From an uncultured Micavibrio sp. (GTDB lineage: Bacteria > Pseudomonadota > Alphaproteobacteria > Micavibrionales > Micavibrionaceae): a stretch of 64,000 nt of DNA. Each line of letters starts with the position of its first letter. The stretch's first letter is position 1. The notes beneath the pieces are model-generated. The model ran no database searches. It saw only the letters and a list, made by a program, of their open reading frames with translations, and had not been told where the DNA came from. The stretch spans positions 596,100 to 660,099 of the forward strand of contig OY762938.1 in assembly GCA_963667075.1 (NCBI GenBank), given 5' to 3'. The translations under genes and the position numbers were made by a program. This document shows positions 61,247-64,000 of this stretch, piece after piece.

Positions 61247-61534
61247 ATGAAGGCAGACAAAAATAACGAAGAAAAAATACTAATATCCATACGTCTAACC
61301 CCGAAAGCCTCTAAAAACAGCATTCGGGGTTGGGTCGTAGATGAACAAGGAGATCGTGTCCTGAAAGTCTTTGTCACAACGGTGCCTGAAAAAGGAAAAG
61401 CCAACAAGACGTTAATTGCTCTGCTCGCGAAAGAATGGAAAATCCCCAAAAGTTCCATTGATATCATTAAAGGCAGCACAGACCGTCTAAAGACACTATC
61501 ACTACCAGCCTCCGCCACTATCCCTGATTATTAA
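61247..61534 (+). CDS. DUF167 (YggU) family protein
   Basis: L..R..P.AS.N...G......LKV.V...PE.GKAN..L...LA.....KSS...I.G..S..K pattern. 95 aa. Confidence 0.75.
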   Translation: MKADKNNEEKILISIRLTPKASKNSIRGWVVDEQGDRVLKVFVTTVPEKGKANKTLIALLAKEWKIPKSSIDIIKGSTDRLKTLSLPASATIPDY

Positions 61535-61538
61535 ATAA

Positions 61539-62333
61539 TCAGCCTTTTCTTTTGACCATCATCTTTTTGATTTCAGCAATCGCTTTAGCCGGATTCAAAC
61601 CTTTCGGACATGTCTTCGTGCAATTCATAATTGTATGACAACGATAGAGACGGAAAGCATCTTCAAGCTGATCCAGCCGCTCTCCCGTCGCTTCATCGCG
61701 ACTATCAATCAGCCACCTGTACGCTTGTAGCAAGGTTGAGGGCCCTAAAAAGCGATCTCCGTTCCACCAATAGCTCGGACAAGCGGTAGAACAGCAATAA
61801 CACAGGATACATGTCGCAGGACCATGCCCATCCACACCATTGAGCAAATCCGAATCTGTCGGGCTTTGTAAACGTTCCCTCGTCGGTACAGGAGAGTCCG
61901 TCTTAAGCCAAGGCTCAATCGAACCGTACTGCGCATAAGCCTGTTCCAAATCTGCTACAAGATCTTTTATCACATGCATATGGGGCAAAGGCGTAATCTT
62001 GACGTCGCGCTTGATCTCTGCAATCGGCTTGGTACATGCAAGTGTATTTGTACCATCAATATTCATCGCGCAAGAGCCGCAAATTCCTTCCCGGCAAGAG
62101 CGGCGAAAAGACAAAGTCCCGTCGATATTATTCTTGATATAAAGGATCGCATCCAGCACCATAGGCCCGCACTTATCCAAATCAATTTCATACGTATCTA
62201 TGCGCGGATTCTCGCCTTTATCAGGGTCCCAGCGATAGATCTTAAACGCCTTTTTACGCAGCGCACCGCCAGCCGCAGAAAATGTCTGCCCTGTCTGTAT
62301 TTTTGAATTCCTGGGTAAAATAAGCTCAGCCAT
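61539..62333 (-). CDS. sdhB: Succinate dehydrogenase iron-sulfur subunit
   Basis: 2Fe-2S ([15 protein letters not shown]), 4Fe-4S ([12 protein letters not shown]) and 3Fe-4S ([14 protein letters not shown]) cysteine clusters. I chose the ATG at 62333 ([10 protein letters not shown]). The ORF track extends to 62525, into the GGDEF gene. Confidence 0.95.
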   Translation of the reverse strand: MAELILPRNSKIQTGQTFSAAGGALRKKAFKIYRWDPDKGENPRIDTYEIDLDKCGPMVLDAILYIKNNIDGTLSFRRSCREGICGSCAMNIDGTNTLACTKPIAEIKRDVKITPLPHMHVIKDLVADLEQAYAQYGSIEPWLKTDSPVPTRERLQSPTDSDLLNGVDGHGPATCILCYCCSTACPSYWWNGDRFLGPSTLLQAYRWLIDSRDEATGERLDQLEDAFRLYRCHTIMNCTKTCPKGLNPAKAIAEIKKMMVKRKG

Positions 62334-62376
62334 AAAAACAAGAATAAATGGCGTGGCACACAAAGGAAAGGATTTT

Positions 62377-63189
62377 TTAAGAGCCACCAGGTCCCGGCAT
62401 TTTGAACGGAGCCGCAACAGCACATACAGTATCATTTGCTGTAACGCTATCAATAATCGCCTGACGCAATGCCGCCTGCCTTTGGGGTTTTTCGTCTTTA
62501 TCAAGATACATAGCCTGATCAGCAACGCCGATAAACCGCTCTGCTTCTTGTCTTGATGGCGGATTTTCCATTGTATCTGTATCTATAACAGCAAAACCAA
62601 TACTTGTGCCAACAGGGTAAGGCTTTTCTTTCTCACCATAGTAAAGTCCAGCCAAAGCCTCACGAATCCTTAATGTAACAGCCTGCTCGTTAAAACTTTC
62701 ACCAAAATCATAGGTCAAAAGCATAACGATTTCATCACCGCCCCAACGACCAATGGCATCTGTCTCCCTCATCATACCCGAAAGGCGTTTACCAACCTCA
62801 ACCAAAGCGTCATCACCTGCCTGATGCCCGCATTCATCGTTAACCTCTTTAAAACCATCCAGATCCATCAAAACAACAACCGCCTGTTTGTTATCATAAC
62901 GATCAACCTGTTTAAGCGTATCCGTTACTTTTTCTAAAAACAGCTTGCGACCAGGAAGGCCTGTTAAAACGTCATGCCCTGCTTCATTAAGAGCTTGTTT
63001 TGTTTCCTCAAGTTCGGTTTGAAGTTCCGCAACAACGCCTGAGAGTGCCCGCACGGCAACGGCCAATGTTTCCGGATCAGATTCAGGATCTGCCAATGCC
63101 TGTGCCACCTTTTCAGGGTCAAGGCCAGTCCCGTTTAAGGCAACCGTTTTAAATGCAGGGGTTATTACGCCTTTTTCCTGATCTTCCAT
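62377..63189 (-). CDS. GGDEF-domain protein (diguanylate cyclase-like, GGDEI variant with an RxxD I-site)
   Basis: [17 protein letters not shown] and RETD-x5-GGDEI motifs. The N-terminal region of about 90 aa is acidic and coiled-coil, with no TM helix or recognisable sensor domain. Confidence 0.85.
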   Translation of the reverse strand: MEDQEKGVITPAFKTVALNGTGLDPEKVAQALADPESDPETLAVAVRALSGVVAELQTELEETKQALNEAGHDVLTGLPGRKLFLEKVTDTLKQVDRYDNKQAVVVLMDLDGFKEVNDECGHQAGDDALVEVGKRLSGMMRETDAIGRWGGDEIVMLLTYDFGESFNEQAVTLRIREALAGLYYGEKEKPYPVGTSIGFAVIDTDTMENPPSRQEAERFIGVADQAMYLDKDEKPQRQAALRQAIIDSVTANDTVCAVAAPFKMPGPGGS

Positions 63190-63408
63190 AGCAGATGTCC
63201 CTCTTCAATTCCGTTTTATGGAGCAAGGACTGTACTATATTTTACATATTAAGTCAACTCGAAAGATACGACCTTATACCGTTTCCTCATCATTCGATGA
63301 GGAAAGCGTTCAAACGCCCATGAAACCTTCTGCCAGGCTTTCGCCCAAACGGGCGGGCTACGGTCGTAGCCTTCCAATTCCCGCTCATTTAATGAACGAG
63401 AATTGGTA

Positions 63409-64000
63409 TTAATAGACCCGGGCTTTTAACGGCACAGGATCCACCTCTTTTGTCATAGGTTGCAACGTGACCGGACGGTAATCGAACCTGACCTTTCCGG
63501 TTTCATTAACCCAGCAAATTGTATGTTTCAGCCAGTTTTCATCATCGCGATTCGGGTAATCTTCTCTTGCATGCGCCCCACGGCTTTCTGTTCTGTTCGT
63601 TGCAGAATGCATGGTCGCCACCGACTGATACAACAGATTATCAAGCTCCATTGCCTCTATAAGGTCTGTATTAAACACAAGAGACCGGTCCGCGAGTTTC
63701 AGGTTGTCACGGGCAGAAAAACACGCATCAATCTTCTCGCACCCCTCTTCCAGCGTATCCTGCATGCGGAACACAGAGGCGTGATCCTGCATCGTCTTTT
63801 GCATAGACAGGCGTAAATCAGACACAGACATATCACCTGCCGCATGACGAAGCGCATCAAAGCGGTCCAAGGCTTTTTGGCCGTTATCGGCCCCTGCTGC
63901 TTTATGCGGTGTCCCCGGCTTTACAAGCTCTGACGCCCTTTGCGCTGCCGCTCTGCCAAATACGACCAAATCAAGCAACGAGTTCGAGCCAAGACGATTT
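63409..64000 (-). CDS. sdhA: Succinate dehydrogenase flavoprotein subunit, C-terminal part (gene continues beyond the window)
   Basis: The frame is open to the window edge (…NRLGSNSLLDLVVFGR). The C-terminal domain shows ESRGAHARED and KHT..W. Confidence 0.93.
   Translation of the reverse strand, partial: NRLGSNSLLDLVVFGRAAAQRASELVKPGTPHKAAGADNGQKALDRFDALRHAAGDMSVSDLRLSMQKTMQDHASVFRMQDTLEEGCEKIDACFSARDNLKLADRSLVFNTDLIEAMELDNLLYQSVATMHSATNRTESRGAHAREDYPNRDDENWLKHTICWVNETGKVRFDYRPVTLQPMTKEVDPVPLKARVY

Overview
This 64-kb window looks like a core chromosomal segment of a moderately AT-rich alphaproteobacterium. All calls come from reading the ORF translations and the DNA by eye; no database search or computed statistic was possible.

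Gene content from left to right:
- A flagellar and cell-cycle corner: a FliK-like protein, a J-domain repeat protein, fliJ, fliI, and divergent ctrA.
- Housekeeping and envelope genes: pgsA, pyrD, an EAL-domain protein, a HAD hydrolase, an orphan family-5 solute-binding protein, kdsB, an O-antigen-ligase-like/TPR protein, a histidine phosphatase, rpoZ and a DMT transporter.
- A PEP-CTERM-like secreted protein.
- A minus-strand tolC-hlyB-hlyD type I secretion operon that runs straight into a CHASE2 class III nucleotide cyclase gene.
- pntAA-pntAB-pntB plus an alpha/beta hydrolase.
- A degraded IS630 transposase relic.
- A complete but rearranged dcw cell-division and cell-wall cluster.
- An orphan hypothetical region, RNase P RNA (rnpB, minus strand, not visible in the ORF track), an AmpD-like amidase, a Tyr/Pro-rich secreted protein and a DUF167 protein.
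- sdhB and partial sdhA, with a GGDEF gene inserted between them.

The dcw cluster reads mraZ-rsmH-ftsL-ftsI-murE-murF-[2 lipoproteins]-mraY-[tautomerase]-murD-ftsW-murG-[S51 peptidase]-murC-murB // ddl-ftsQ-ftsA-ftsZ. At the // position it is split by an oppositely oriented lpxC-bamD-recN-ligA block.

I found no tRNA, rRNA, CRISPR array, prophage or recognisable defence island, and no complete novel multi-gene system that I can defend.

The most noteworthy observations are:
- the T1SS-cyclase operon with no substrate gene in view
- a GGDEF gene splitting sdhA from sdhB
- a J-domain protein built from near-identical 297-bp tandem repeats beside the flagellar export genes
- the rearranged and insertion-riddled dcw cluster with an IS relic at its edge
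- a four-fold 10-bp-phased TGGGN operator-like array upstream of mraZ
- DnaA-box-like sites in the ftsA-ftsZ spacer
- small palindromic repeats carrying compensatory changes
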